DNA of 62,031 nucleotides, filler included, from Choristocarpus tenellus KU-1152 (lineage: Eukaryota; Protista; Phaeophyceae), in assembly GCA_964200185.2 (NCBI GenBank). It is 10 parts of 10 records of this genome, joined end to end, with 100 filler letters (N's around TTAATTAATTAA, not from the genome) between each part and the next. Parts side by side here need not be neighbours in the genome. Positions count along the whole stretch, not along the records: positions 1 to 17,963 come from CAXNAD020000599.1; 9 more parts are not named here. One strand, written 5' to 3'. Below, in pieces: positions 1-11,972 of this stretch. Below the pieces are notes generated by a model. The model searched no databases. It was given only the letters and a program-made list of their open reading frames with translations, and was not told the origin of the DNA. Position 1 is the first letter of the stretch. Every line of letters begins with the position of its first letter. The position numbers were made by a program, and so were the translations under genes.

Positions 1-1142
1 GTCATCAAGTCCATTCCTTTGCCTTTCTGGTAGGTTAAGCCCAGCTCTCGTGTCCCTTTGAGATACTTGAAGATCACCAGATGCAACCAATACTGTCTGG
101 GAGACATAGACTTCCGGAGTCCCGACGCCACGTTACAGACGGCTATGAACAGGAGGGTTATTGCCAAGATAAAGACATTCCTCAAAGAAGTGTAGGAGGA
201 CACACACATGGAAGCCGGGATGAGTAGACTCGGCGACCAACCTCTGCCCAGTTCTACAATCGATCGCCACCCTTGTGCATATATGCGCGGGAGAAGGTGA
301 GGTTCTCAGAGCTCCTTCCCCAGGAAATGATTCGTGAAACGATTGTGAAGCATCGCCTACTTTTCGTCGCCCATACATCCATATTTATTCCGCGTCGGTT
401 ATCCAACTAACCTGATCCCTTTCTTCCCCTCACTATGTTCCACCAGAGACAAAAGAACTAGAGGAGATCCTTCTCGGTGTGTGGAGAGAGCACAAGAAGC
501 GCGACAGCTTCAGTGTCAGCGCGGTGCAGCCATCCCCACATTTGTACATTCAATACCCCATCACTATCGGTCCAATAACACCGTAGTAGCCCCTGCCTTC
601 ACATACTGAGCTTGAATTGACGTTTTATACACATGTATTGCTATCGGCCATATGACATACACCAATAACCAACAGACCCACTCTCATTCCCACGTTCTTC
701 TGTCCTGATCATGTGGCCTCATACTCTATACACCCAACGTGCACCCGACGAGGATAAATTCGACTTTAGAGCGGTTCACATGTTCACTGTGCTGTGGTAC
801 ACTAACTCGGACACTGCCATCAAATCCCTCGAGAACAGCGGGGGGTTCACACACACCTATGGGTTGAAGGTGGGTTAAATATCCCCAACTAAGTTGCCCC
901 CACACGACGCCACACTTGACATAGGGCAGACAGTAATGAAGGAATCTGATATGTATATCAAACGGTAAAGACCATCAGTTTCCAAAGAGCCCTAAGTCCA
1001 TAGGGTTCTGCTGCACGACCCGCATCCCCTGGTAACCCTTCTCTGATCGATTCACTGTTAACCCTAAATCCTTCACATCCTCATAGCTTGTTCTTTACCG
1101 ACTTTCTAACAATACACCATCTCACATTTGATGTACATATAG

Positions 1143-4090
1143 CTCACAGACGAGGTCAAGGAGCAGTACTTCACAAGAATGTGCACTGATGTCCTCGCTG
1201 GAGCCGGACTAGCCATCCTCAGAGGGGAGATCCCCCAAGGCCATCACTGGCGCGACATTGTCGAAGTGGCTGCGCACGTCTTCTCAGAGCAGGCAGCCAA
1301 AAAATAGCCTTCTGACGCGCTCTCATTGACGTATGTTGTCGGGACGGAGACATTTCCAGAGGAATGGGTAAGTCAAGCTTTGACCGTGACAATTCAACTA
1401 ATGTATGGATGTATATGCATATACCCCCCTGCTGACCCTGCAACAGCTGCAATATTTTCCGTCAAGTTCGTGACTCACAAGGCAGACACTCATGTCATTC
1501 ATGTGACTTACCTTTCCACTACCCATGCGCTTCTCCATGACAGTTCTCCCACACAAGGGGCGTCCGGAACAAACGACCCCCATCCTACCAGGACAAAGGA
1601 AAGAAGAAGAGGACGTGAGGAAAGGGGAAGAAGAACAGACCAGGGGACGGCGATCCAGACCCTGTGTCTGCCGCCCAGGCCGAGGAGGAGTGGGCATCGC
1701 AGCCGTGGAAGATCCAATTGGCATACTTAAGGAGAATACACACCACGGATGTCCTCATCAAGGGGGCTGTCCTGGAGGTCACTGTGTAGGTCATGAACGA
1801 CCTCAAGAAGAAAGACGAGCTCGGGACCAACCCCTACATCGATGACTCCTCAGCAGGGTCTTCAGAAGAGGCTCCTCCATAGAAAAAATACATCCTGAGC
1901 GAAGAGGTACTCAACGGAGTGCGAGGTTCATCATCTCATGTATCCACCGTATTTGAGTTCGTCGCAAGTCACCTCACAATAAATGCCCTGATTGCGCACA
2001 TTACTGTAACCCCATAAAATCCACAGGTGAAAAGGGATCTCGTGTTGAGGGAGGATTTGGAGGAGAGTACAGTCTACCTGGACATCATCAAATACTCTGA
2101 GGGCATTACCCTGAACACCAGTAGCGAACACGCAGGCAAGCAATTACATCATTGTACAACATCGCGATACGTTAACATCAAACATCATTCCCTACACCAA
2201 ACACACCGCCTAGACCCTCAGAGATCTTACTGACGTTGGACAGTTTCACACGGTACATTGTCACAGGGCTCTCCGGTTTTATATGTTGCGAAGTTGCTCG
2301 TCGAACAGATTGATTCATACTTTCGCTGTGTTGTTCCGATCGACAGAACCCAGCAAAATCAGGGAAATTATGTCGCGGTTCATGTACTATAGTCCTATAC
2401 GCATCCTCTTCAACCTATGTTACAAGCCCTACTTGTCTTCCTGATTTATGGGCTCAAATAATCCGCCCAAGTACAACGAGCCGTACGTACTCAACCCATT
2501 CATCTTTTCCTCAGCCTCTGCCTCCTCCTCTGCCTCCTCCTCTGCATCCTGCTTCACTTACTCCTTTTCACCAGCCTCTGCCTCATCCCTTGCCTCCCAA
2601 CACTAACCCATCTTCCCGTCATTTTGCCTTGTACTTCGCCTCGTCCTTTGCCTACTCATCCACCATTACATGGACAACACGAGTCACAAGCATTGTGATC
2701 ACTCTAGAGAAAAACGCCATGTCCGAGCGCGACCTTGATAAGTTCAAATCCGAAACAAGCGCCACCCACGAGAGAGAAGTCGCCCTTCTCCAGACCCGAC
2801 CCGGAGGCATCGTAATCACATGCACTGCCCTTGGGGACAACCTCGATTCGGATCGTATCCAACTCCTCAAGGACGAACTCTCCACCTTCCGCAATTTTGC
2901 GCTGGTGAAGACACCGGTAGTTGGTGGCGTATCCTATGCCTATACCTTGTGGAAGACCCTACCCACCAGGTGATGAAGAGGAACAGGATAACCCATTACC
3001 TAACCCTACAGTAGGTGCGGGAAGTGGGGCACTACATGGAGGAAGGCATCCAACCACACCCTCGGAACAGGACTCTGAAGGCAATGGGGACCGACCCGAT
3101 TGTAACGCTTTGTCAGGTCTAGAGGAACTTGTACGGGAGGACGTGAGGGGGCAGCTAGGCACGGACTCAGAGTCCACGCCTGTCAGGAGTGACCCCGGAA
3201 TGTCCCCAAACGCCCATTCGGTGGGCAGCGGCGGCGACGAGTCCAACGGAGGTTCCTGTATACTACATGACCCTGCGGAACGAAGGAAACTTTAAGGGAC
3301 TCCTTCACGGTCGCGTCAATCGTATCTCCAAGCTTCGAGGGAACACCTACGACAATACTGTGAAGCGAAGTGAGAACACGCCCATGCCGATCCAACGCCA
3401 ACACCGAGGGACAAGCCTTCCGAGAATGGTAAAGGAAAGGGAAAAAGGATGATAATTAGGAAGAAGATGTTGAGAGAAAGTGCTGGACGGATGAGACCCT
3501 TCAAACAGCCTCGTGGTCCTGATGGCACCACTTTAGAACCTGGCTTCTTTGCAGACGTCTTTGCTTCTGCCAAAAAGGGCAGATATGCGGAAAATACATG
3601 TTCATCTACCTCAAGGTACGACGATAATGACAAAAGGTCCTCGCATGGTGATGACGATTGTGTAACACAGGACGCGGCCAACTCCGGCGGTGCATCCGAT
3701 GTGGGAATCACCGAAGCCTTCATGGAGGCGTGCGTTACCGAGCTCCTACGATCGGCAACGAAACCTGCTTCTTTGCAGTATCGAGTGCAGACTCAAATCC
3801 TCAACCAATTCGTATACGACCATGGGTTCAGGCTCATCAAGGCCGGTAAAGGGGCCATTTCTCTTGTTTTCGGGGATGACAGCTGCGTCCACGAGCCCAC
3901 ACAGGTTAAACTCAGCGATTGTGGAGGGAAGCCAGGCAACACGTTGTGTCCCGAGCATGTGGAAGCACTCCATGCGAGGAAGGCCATCTTCTTGGCCCTC
4001 ATGAAGCCCGAACCTTGAAACGACAAGTGCTCCACGCGCCTAAATCTATGGCACCTTCTTGTAAAGGCATACCCTAAGTTTGTAGAGTGG
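1143..4090 (+). pseudogene. Decayed multi-exon coding region, possibly transposon-borne, ending in an OTU-like relic
   Basis: Exon-like blocks after AG acceptors (~1143 LTDEVKEQYFTRMC..., ~2027 VKRDLVLREDLEES..., ~2710 KNAMSERDLDKFK...) carry several in-frame TAG/TGA stops. 3800-4090 reads DHGFRLIKAGKG-AISLVFGDDSCVH...LALMKPEP*, resembling an OTU domain without its DGNC catalytic segment. Confidence 0.35.
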
Positions 4091-5511
4091 TGGGAGAAGG
4101 GTGAGGAATGCAATTTCGAGTCTGCCCACCAATTGAAATAGGGGTTCAGTCATTTCAGGTTTTTGTTGAAGTACGGATCGAGTTACAGGTACACCGATTT
4201 GTGCATCAGTGTACCTTGCCTTGGTGTACACTGCCATGTTCATGCACTTTCCATTCGATGGGTTATGCATTTAGACAGTGGAATCGGATACATTGCTACC
4301 AGTCAGAGGCGTCAGTGTATCATATATGATACTCATCTTGAGGATTACACCTGTTATTGTTTGTTTAAAAGAGCGTGTCCAATACAAGGTTTAGACTACT
4401 AAAATATAGAACATTTTTTAAAGAACTCTTGTCCATCTTTTCAACTAAGTTTCCAATCAATTCGCCAAGGCTTGCGATGGATACATTGTCTTCTTGAAAA
4501 CCGCTAATTATTCCTTGAACACTACTACGTACCTCCTCCCTGCTTCTCAATACTCTATGCACCATCTCATGCTTTGTCCAAGTGTCGACAAACTAGAGCC
4601 GATCTCGTCCTCCTTCGAATCTTGGAGGATCATATACCGACGTCCACGCACGATGCTCCTAAGCACAACACCAACCCTGAACCTCTGGAAGTATATCTTG
4701 AACTACTTTCAGAGAAACGTATGACAATAGACCTTGACCAATAACCATTCGTGTACACATCCAGAATCCGTCCACACATTACATGAAAGATACAGTACAC
4801 TAACCCGAAAACAAAACCTGACCCTTTTCCCTTCCTTCATACCAACTCCAACCCTAACATCCTGAGCGACAACCACGTTTGTGTACATACTAAATCCGAC
4901 ACATGCAAGCAAATAAGTGAAGTACTATATTAAAAACAGTACAGGATATATGTTTTGGTTCCTTGTGCACACACCGGGAGAACAGGCCCTAACTAACAGT
5001 CCTCTTTGTATACATACCAGACATGTGTACATACCAGACACGACTCATGCAAGCAAATAAACGAAAAAACTAACCTCGCAAAAGTCCATAGTCTTTTTTT
5101 CAATTCCTCATGCTAACACTGGGAAAGCACACCCTAACCGACAGCCCTTTTTATGTGCTAACCAAATCCCACTCATGCAACCAAACAAACCAGTAACTAG
5201 CCCTGAAACAACCAATGGCGTATCTCTCATTCTTCATCCTAACTGCACGACCAACATACATAAATCAATAAGCCTGTTTGAACAGATTCGAAATCCGACA
5301 CATGCAAACGCCGAAACTCCTAACCAAACCCAAATAAATGGAGGCATATATTCCCATTGCTCTTCCGTACGCAAGGACAGAAGGGAACCTAACCATCTTC
5401 TTTTTTTTGCCCACATTTCAAATCTGACACGCACAACCAAATCACACCAAAGAGTGAAAAACGAAAAAAGGCTGAAAAACGGATGCCAGCACCCTCCAGA
5501 TACTTTGAATC

Positions 5512-5808
5512 TGCTTCCAAAGTACAACTGTGAATTGAAACCGAGAGATGGTCTGGGGGCAGGTGAAGCACTATGTTCGAGGGCATTGTGACAACACGTT
5601 GCCTGGAATGAGAGCCAATATTCCTGTAAGTCATAAGGAGGAAAGGGGGCTGCTTTTGAGAGTAATTATAGAGAGGTTCTTCAGGGTGAGTATTGCTTAC
5701 CACTTGATATATTCCAACGAGGAAGGCATGGAGTGCACCAAATTGGACAGGGTGTACAAGACATTCAAGTCTCACAGGAGGCCTGCACCTTCAGAATACC
5801 TCATATGA
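5512..5808 (+). mobile_element. IS630-Tc1-mariner-type (Sagan-like) transposase, C-terminal fragment, frameshifted
   Basis: LPKYNCELKP/EMVWGQVKHYVRGHCDNTLPGMR...YKTFKSHRR matches the LPKxHCELNPIExxWxxxK...KSHRR C-terminal DDE segment; 1-nt frameshift near 5545. Confidence 0.7.
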
Positions 5809-6451
5809 CTTGGCATGGATTGTCTGGTTCAGAGGCCCGGACCCCCAAGAGTGAGCCTTAGTCAGCAGCTGACAATATCGCATAAACGGGAAATAATGAA
5901 AAGAGAACGGACAGACAACAACGCCCATGTTCTCCAGGTGAAAATGACCTCTTCTCGTGTCAAAATCATCCTTAAATGCGCGGTTCGCGCGGACTACTTG
6001 AATTATGTATTATCTTTATTTCTCACGATTGGTGGAAGTTGACCGACATCCATCAAATAAGGTTAACCACGCTGATGCAATTACGACAAACGAACTTTCA
6101 TGAAAAAAATTGTTCATCAAAAGTTACGACGCGACAAAGTTGATGTAGGAGGCGACTATCATTATAGTATTTTACATACTCCTTAAACAGAGCACGAAAA
6201 AAAGAAATACTCTGACACCGACCACCATCCGTCCAACTACTACTCTCTTGCTCTTTGTACTTTCCCACGTTCACTACAATTTCCACTATTCCTTGTTACT
6301 TGTGCTGGACCGAAGCACCTACAGTAGTCCTCCCTTCCAAGGACATTGCGGGCATAAAAGGAATAAAAAATTGCAACCGAAAGGAGTGCCTGCAGGTCCT
6401 CTATCTTCAAAGGGTGGGCGGGAGTTGTTGAAACTTCCAAGAGGCGAGCTG

Positions 6452-8062
6452 ATGAATACCTCAGCATCAGCTGTCCGGTTGATGGTCAGTCGGTCGTGTC
6501 GGCTGACACCAACATGCCAGACCCTACAAATGGGACGTACTGCTATCGCACCACTTTGCTCGTCAGGATTGGGGTCACGACTGAGAAGACGGAACTTGTC
6601 CTCTGTGGCAGTTTTGGATGAGAGTGACGAGGGGGGCGACGATGTGCCTAAGGCGAGACGAAGAAGAAGAAGAGAACGCCCTCCACCGATAACGATGGTG
6701 AGTTATTGACACGTCGTGTTTTCGTGTTTCGCCAGCTTGCTCACCCTTGTGAATTCCATCTGGAAAACGAATTGTCAGACCTTGGTGCAACTCCAACAAT
6801 GTTGCTTGAACATTATGGAGAATTGTCTTCACCGTCAGTGAGGCTTGCATCTTTATCCATCTAGTCGTAGAAACATTGGATTGCGTCATTATTCCCCGAG
6901 GATCTCAGGTGGAATATCCGCTACTGTTGTGCTGGATACATCCTCACCACTTGAGGCACAAGTAAAGACTGACTTCATTAGATGAACACAGTGGAATTAA
7001 CGTTTGAAGTCCTCTCCAAACAAGGTGTTGATGGTTTAAAGCGTGGCATCAGCCTGATACATGGGAAACACTAGGGACGTATGTAAAACAATGAGAATTT
7101 GACAAGGAGTTCAAACGTCGCATGACACAGAGAATGAGGAAACACTGTGCTGAACCCTTATTCAAGTTAATTGGGAATGAGAGCAGTCATGCAACGCAAT
7201 CTGGATAGCCTATGGCAAATAATACTGACTCAACTTTGAATCGGCACATCTGGAGATGTGTTTGTCCTCTAGTACCAATGTCTCTTGTGCGCACAGTAGT
7301 TGTAGGTATCCACGGTGAGTTAGCTCCATGAAATATTGACGTATCATTGCACCATTGGAGCATTCAGTCTCCTGACTTAATATCCCAGGGGTGAATGGGT
7401 ATCTCATATTTGACAGAATCAGAGGCTGGGTTACTACCCGGCTTAATCTGTGGCCCATCACCCCTCTAGTTTCAGATTTGCGCCTCAGTGATACAATGGT
7501 ATCTCGATAACCGACAGAATCCGTGCAAGTAGTTATTGCATGTACCCCCTACTCACGTGCATCTTTGATTTTTGACGCCTTAGTTACAAAAGGGAACTTT
7601 TGCTTTATGTTGATTTCAAGATCTTACGTGAAGTGGGGACCGTTCTCTCCCCCCCCCCACCCACCCCCACACAAACAAAGACACCCCTCCCTTCTTACCT
7701 ATCCCCAATCCCAACCCCGACCATTTACTCTTGGATTGTGCAATCAACAGACTGAACGGGCAGGGCAACACATTGAGCAACTAATGTCAGGGAAGCCGGG
7801 AAAGGTGGGTGTACGGCTCGGTGTCAAGCGTAGGGGTTGTAATGGGCTTTCATACACGATGAAATATGCTGATGAGGTACCTCCCAAGGATGAGGTAGTG
7901 ACTACTGCAGGTGGGGCTCAGGTCTTTGTGGACCCCATGGCGACACTGTATGTGGCAGGCACGGTCATGGACTGGGAAGAGACAGAACTTTCAGCGGAGT
8001 TTACGTTCACCAATCCGAACGCTAAGGGTAGCTGTGGATGTGGAGAAAGTTTCAACGTTTGA
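6452..8062 (+). CDS. ISCA1: Mitochondrial iron-sulfur cluster assembly A-type protein, complete; exons 6452-6697 and 7751-8062 (185 aa)
   Basis: Exon 1 has an Arg/Ser-rich presequence and ends ...PPPITM|GTGAGT. Exon 2 follows CAG at 7750: TERAGQHI...GVRLGVKRRGCNGLSYTM...FTNPNAKGSCGCGESFNV*. The phase-0 join gives ITMTERA; GCxG and CGCGESF motifs are intact. Confidence 0.95.
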
Positions 8063-8791
8063 ACTGGCACGTGAGCAAGGTTTGCTCAGCTGGTTCGGAG
8101 GACTGACAACTTGGTTCTCCATGGGGATTGGGGGGTTGGGGACCATCACTGCTTGTAAGGGGTGGAAGAGTATGGACATTGCAGTCCCTGTGAATATTGG
8201 TTGACCTTTCCATTACTTTTTTTCGATAATCGGTACTGCAATTGTCTGCTTTTGGAGAGGATATGGAGAGAGTGGAGGTATTAGCTCCTCTGGTGATTGC
8301 GACAGTTTGTTGAATGGGGCTTGAGTATGAGGTAGGGATCCATTTTGAAATTTGGAATATCAGTCATTGTAAGAATTTTGATTTTGGTATCGATTCCGTC
8401 AGTAGATTGTTTCTTCTTTGTTCAACAAGGTGTATATGTGACAGCCTAAACAACTCCCACAAGGCGGTTGAGTGTGTGCCGGAAATGTGACGGCATGGTA
8501 GGATCTATGCAGTGACAGATATTTGCCTGGCAGCAGCCTCCCCTTCATTGTTGGGTCCTTGACTCGAAAGCAATGCGAGATGATGCGGCAAATCCTGTTT
8601 CAACTATTGTTTAAAACAAATATATGTAGAATAGTACTGGAATGGCAGTACAACATTATTACGTCTAATGGCACAGCACAGCTTTGAAGTGATAAACGTT
8701 GTCATGCCTAAGCTGCTTTTTCCTCAAAATCAGAATGTTTTTGCCAAAAACCTTCCTGCTTCTCTCCTCGGTGGTATCCTGATGGTGGAAG

Positions 8792-8826
<35 letters not shown>

Positions 8827-10112
8827 TTTTGTTAACAATTTGTCTGACTGTGAAGGTTTGTCCAACCGTATGTAACTGTATATGTAACTGTCAGATATAT
8901 TGACACTGTTTCAGTGATGGTCGTTGCATTTACCATGCTAAGGAATGCCTGCACAGGGAATTTTTACACTAGAGTTCGGTTTTTGATTTTTTTTCTTCAA
9001 CATATATTGTACAAGGAAATATATTGTGAGTACAGTTACGGTTGTAGTTTTCATTTGAACTTACGGGGTATTCTGACCTACGTTTAGAGCTCTGTTTTTG
9101 ACAGTTACAATTTGGGTCATTTATGGTCTTGACTTGACTATACTGTTGCAGTTCAGATTTGACAGTATGATTCGGTTTATTTTCTTTTTCCCACAGTCAA
9201 CAACGATGATGTCATGACCCTTCCACAGGTTGTTCGCACCAATGACGGCAATGACGGGTGCTGTAAACTGTTCTTGTGTATAGGAGAGTCAATGAATGGT
9301 TTTTAACTATTAATAACATAATAAGAATATAGCCTGGTGGGCAGCCAACAAATACAGAAATCCTCGGATAGTTCTGCCAAATCAGAAAATGGAAGACTGC
9401 AGTGGTGTAACGCTATACGCTTATCCCAAACGTTACAACGAATTCTGAATCTACCACCAGTCTTTTTCTTAGTCACACTGTACCACTGAATAAACCGAAA
9501 CACTATTTAGAACACTAGAGCCAATCCACAACTTACACCCATCGAATCTAGAGCATATATTTTCCCCCTCACTCGAAAAGACTATGTTGTGTACCTACAT
9601 ATTTCATATCTGATGTGTGTTTATCATCTATCTTTCAATATATATGGTGTAGTTTTGTTGATAATTTATACTCTGTAGTACTCCCGGAGAAAATAATGAC
9701 ACACCTCCTCGGCTCATCAAACAACAGAGGTGTCACTCCTGCTGCAGCAGCAGAGGCCTGCAAGTGTAACCATCACAAGGGATCTTTTCACCCTCTTGGT
9801 CTTAACCTCAATCAACACCTTCACAATAGAAAGCTTCAGGCGTTTTGACATACAGGCAGAGCTTTTTGTGGATGAGTTAGCGACTCATGTTGTAGGAGGT
9901 AGGGGGAGGAGTGCCTCAACAGAAAGGGAGCTACAAAATCATATTGAAGGCAGATCGTTTCAGTCACCAATCAAGTGCCTATCTCAAATAGAGTTTTGCG
10001 CTTTACAGTAGGGACTCAAGATCAATGGACTAGGAGAGGCTTAACAGATTCACGGGAATCTTACCTTAAATCTTTCCCACCTTAGAGTCACTATAGGAGA
10101 GTTGCCTTTTGT

Positions 10113-10368
10113 GAGTCAAAGTATCTTAGAGGGTAGAGCCGGGTCCGTTTGAGGCCAAAATCCAATGTTGCGATTTTTGTGTCATTTTGGCTATCATGTT
10201 TGTTAGGAAGTATCAATATCCTTGTTCCGGACACACCTTTTCATAATGTATACATTCTACCTACTCTGGAACATTTCGGAGTAGGAAAATGTCATATTAA
10301 ACCTGTGGGAAACCAAACCCCAAGGGACAAACCGGATAAAAATCGTATCCTCTAAGATACGTTCACTC
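10113..10368 (+). mobile_element. ~257-bp MITE (Sola2-like, GAG...CTC ends), TSD TTGT
   Basis: TIR GAGTCAAAGTATCTTAGAGGGTA ... TATCCTCTAAGATACGTTCACTC; TTGT at 10109-10112 and 10369-10372. Confidence 0.9.
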
Positions 10369-10725
10369 TTGTCACTTTCTTGTTCGTTGGTTTATATACA
10401 ATACCTCTGTGGTTGGTGTATCTGATGTGGTAGTCCTTGCTGTGTTTATGTTGTATTCCTTACATGATCTTTCCCCTTCTCCAGTCTCTACTATACTATC
10501 TATTTTTTGTTGCCTTCTCTCCCCTTGATACTTGTCTCACCTACATGACAATCCCTGCAGCATGTCCACAGGGACTGTGATACATGTACTAATACATAAA
10601 ATAATTACAATAAATACTACAAAATGTGTGGGTATATACTTTGAAATATTACACATCATAGCTGCCGATTTTGCGTTTATATGGTCAGTGTGTACAATGG
10701 ACAGTGCATTCATTCACTGTTAGTA

Positions 10726-10929
10726 CACTCCAGCGCGGTACGGTTTGATACCGTTACAGTTACTTGAAGAACTGCGCGTTTCGACCATTGGATTAGAGTA
10801 CTATCTAGACAGTAGGGTGAATAGGACCCACTGTCACCACAGTACCGTTACGGAATTATGATTGGCATAGTTTTTCAACATCTCCACGGTTGCCAACGTT
10901 TGTACATTTCCAGTACTGCGTTTGGAGTG
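10726..10929. mobile_element. ~200-bp TA-flanked MITE (Tc1/mariner type)
   Basis: TA|CACTCCAGCGCGGTACGG ... CAGTACTGCGTTTGGAGTG|TA: imperfect ~18-bp TIRs with a TA duplication. Confidence 0.55.
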
Positions 10930-11972
10930 TAATGCTGAATCCACTGTCGACATTTCCCCAAATGTAACTGTAACCACTGCGGTTGTTATGAGGTCGTAAC
11001 AACCAAGATGTTACCCTGCTTTTAATAGTGGTTTCATCTTCCCAAGCACATCCACCATTTAGCAGTTTCTCACGTATTTTGTGAACTTTTGCTCCTCGAA
11101 GTAGTACCCACTTCCTGAAATAACAAAAAATAAACATACACATAATACAAAAAAATTAGTACAGCAGTCTACAAGCGAGAGTTGCATGTCCTAAGTTGTC
11201 CTTTGCCCTGGTACCTCGATTCACCCCACCTGTGCTCCCTCCAACCAATCCACAAGGAGACATTTCCTTGATAAGGTTCCCAGACTTGATTTTGATTCAG
11301 ATCAAGGCGCAAGGTTCATTTAAGCACATGAAAGCTCGTGACTTAGGATATCTCCCAGAGACTCTTTGCTCTGTCTGGTGGTGATTTTCTCGGTGCGTTG
11401 GGGTGTGTGATATTCCAATTTTGAAAAGCAAGAGCGTGCCTCCATGTTGATGAAACAACCTAACTCTTGAGTCCCAAGGCAGGCAAGCTCAGACACAGCA
11501 CCACCACATTGAAAACACACCTGAGCACTATGTTATCTGGCCTTGCTCACAAAAAACGCTCAACTCAAAGGTACTTAGAGAGAGAGAGAGAGAGATACTT
11601 CACTTGTGTTTCAGCATTCATGACACAACACAATTGTGAGTTCCATTCACAGCTCTATGCTTATAAGTATGTACAAAATCATACTCATGCACCAGGTAGA
11701 CAGAAACGGATGGTCAACAGCACTGCAGGAGTAGTTCAACCCCAAAGAGCGCTCAAATCTTGACTATCATTAACAACATACACGAACCAATAAAAAGATA
11801 AAATAACTCAACACAAGTGTGGCGGCAGCACCCCTCCGAAGTCTCCCAAATTAAATCCTCCGTGTGCTGGAATCCTTCTCTGTGACCTCTGATGATACTA
11901 CTATCAAAGAAGGCAACGATTCCTCATTCAGCGAAGTGTGTAGTAAGAGTGAGCCTAGCCACCACATGCTGG

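Noticed and set aside
7523-7750. ORF-track N-terminus of the IscA ORF
   Set aside because: It is intronic; the true N-terminus comes from exon 6452-6697.
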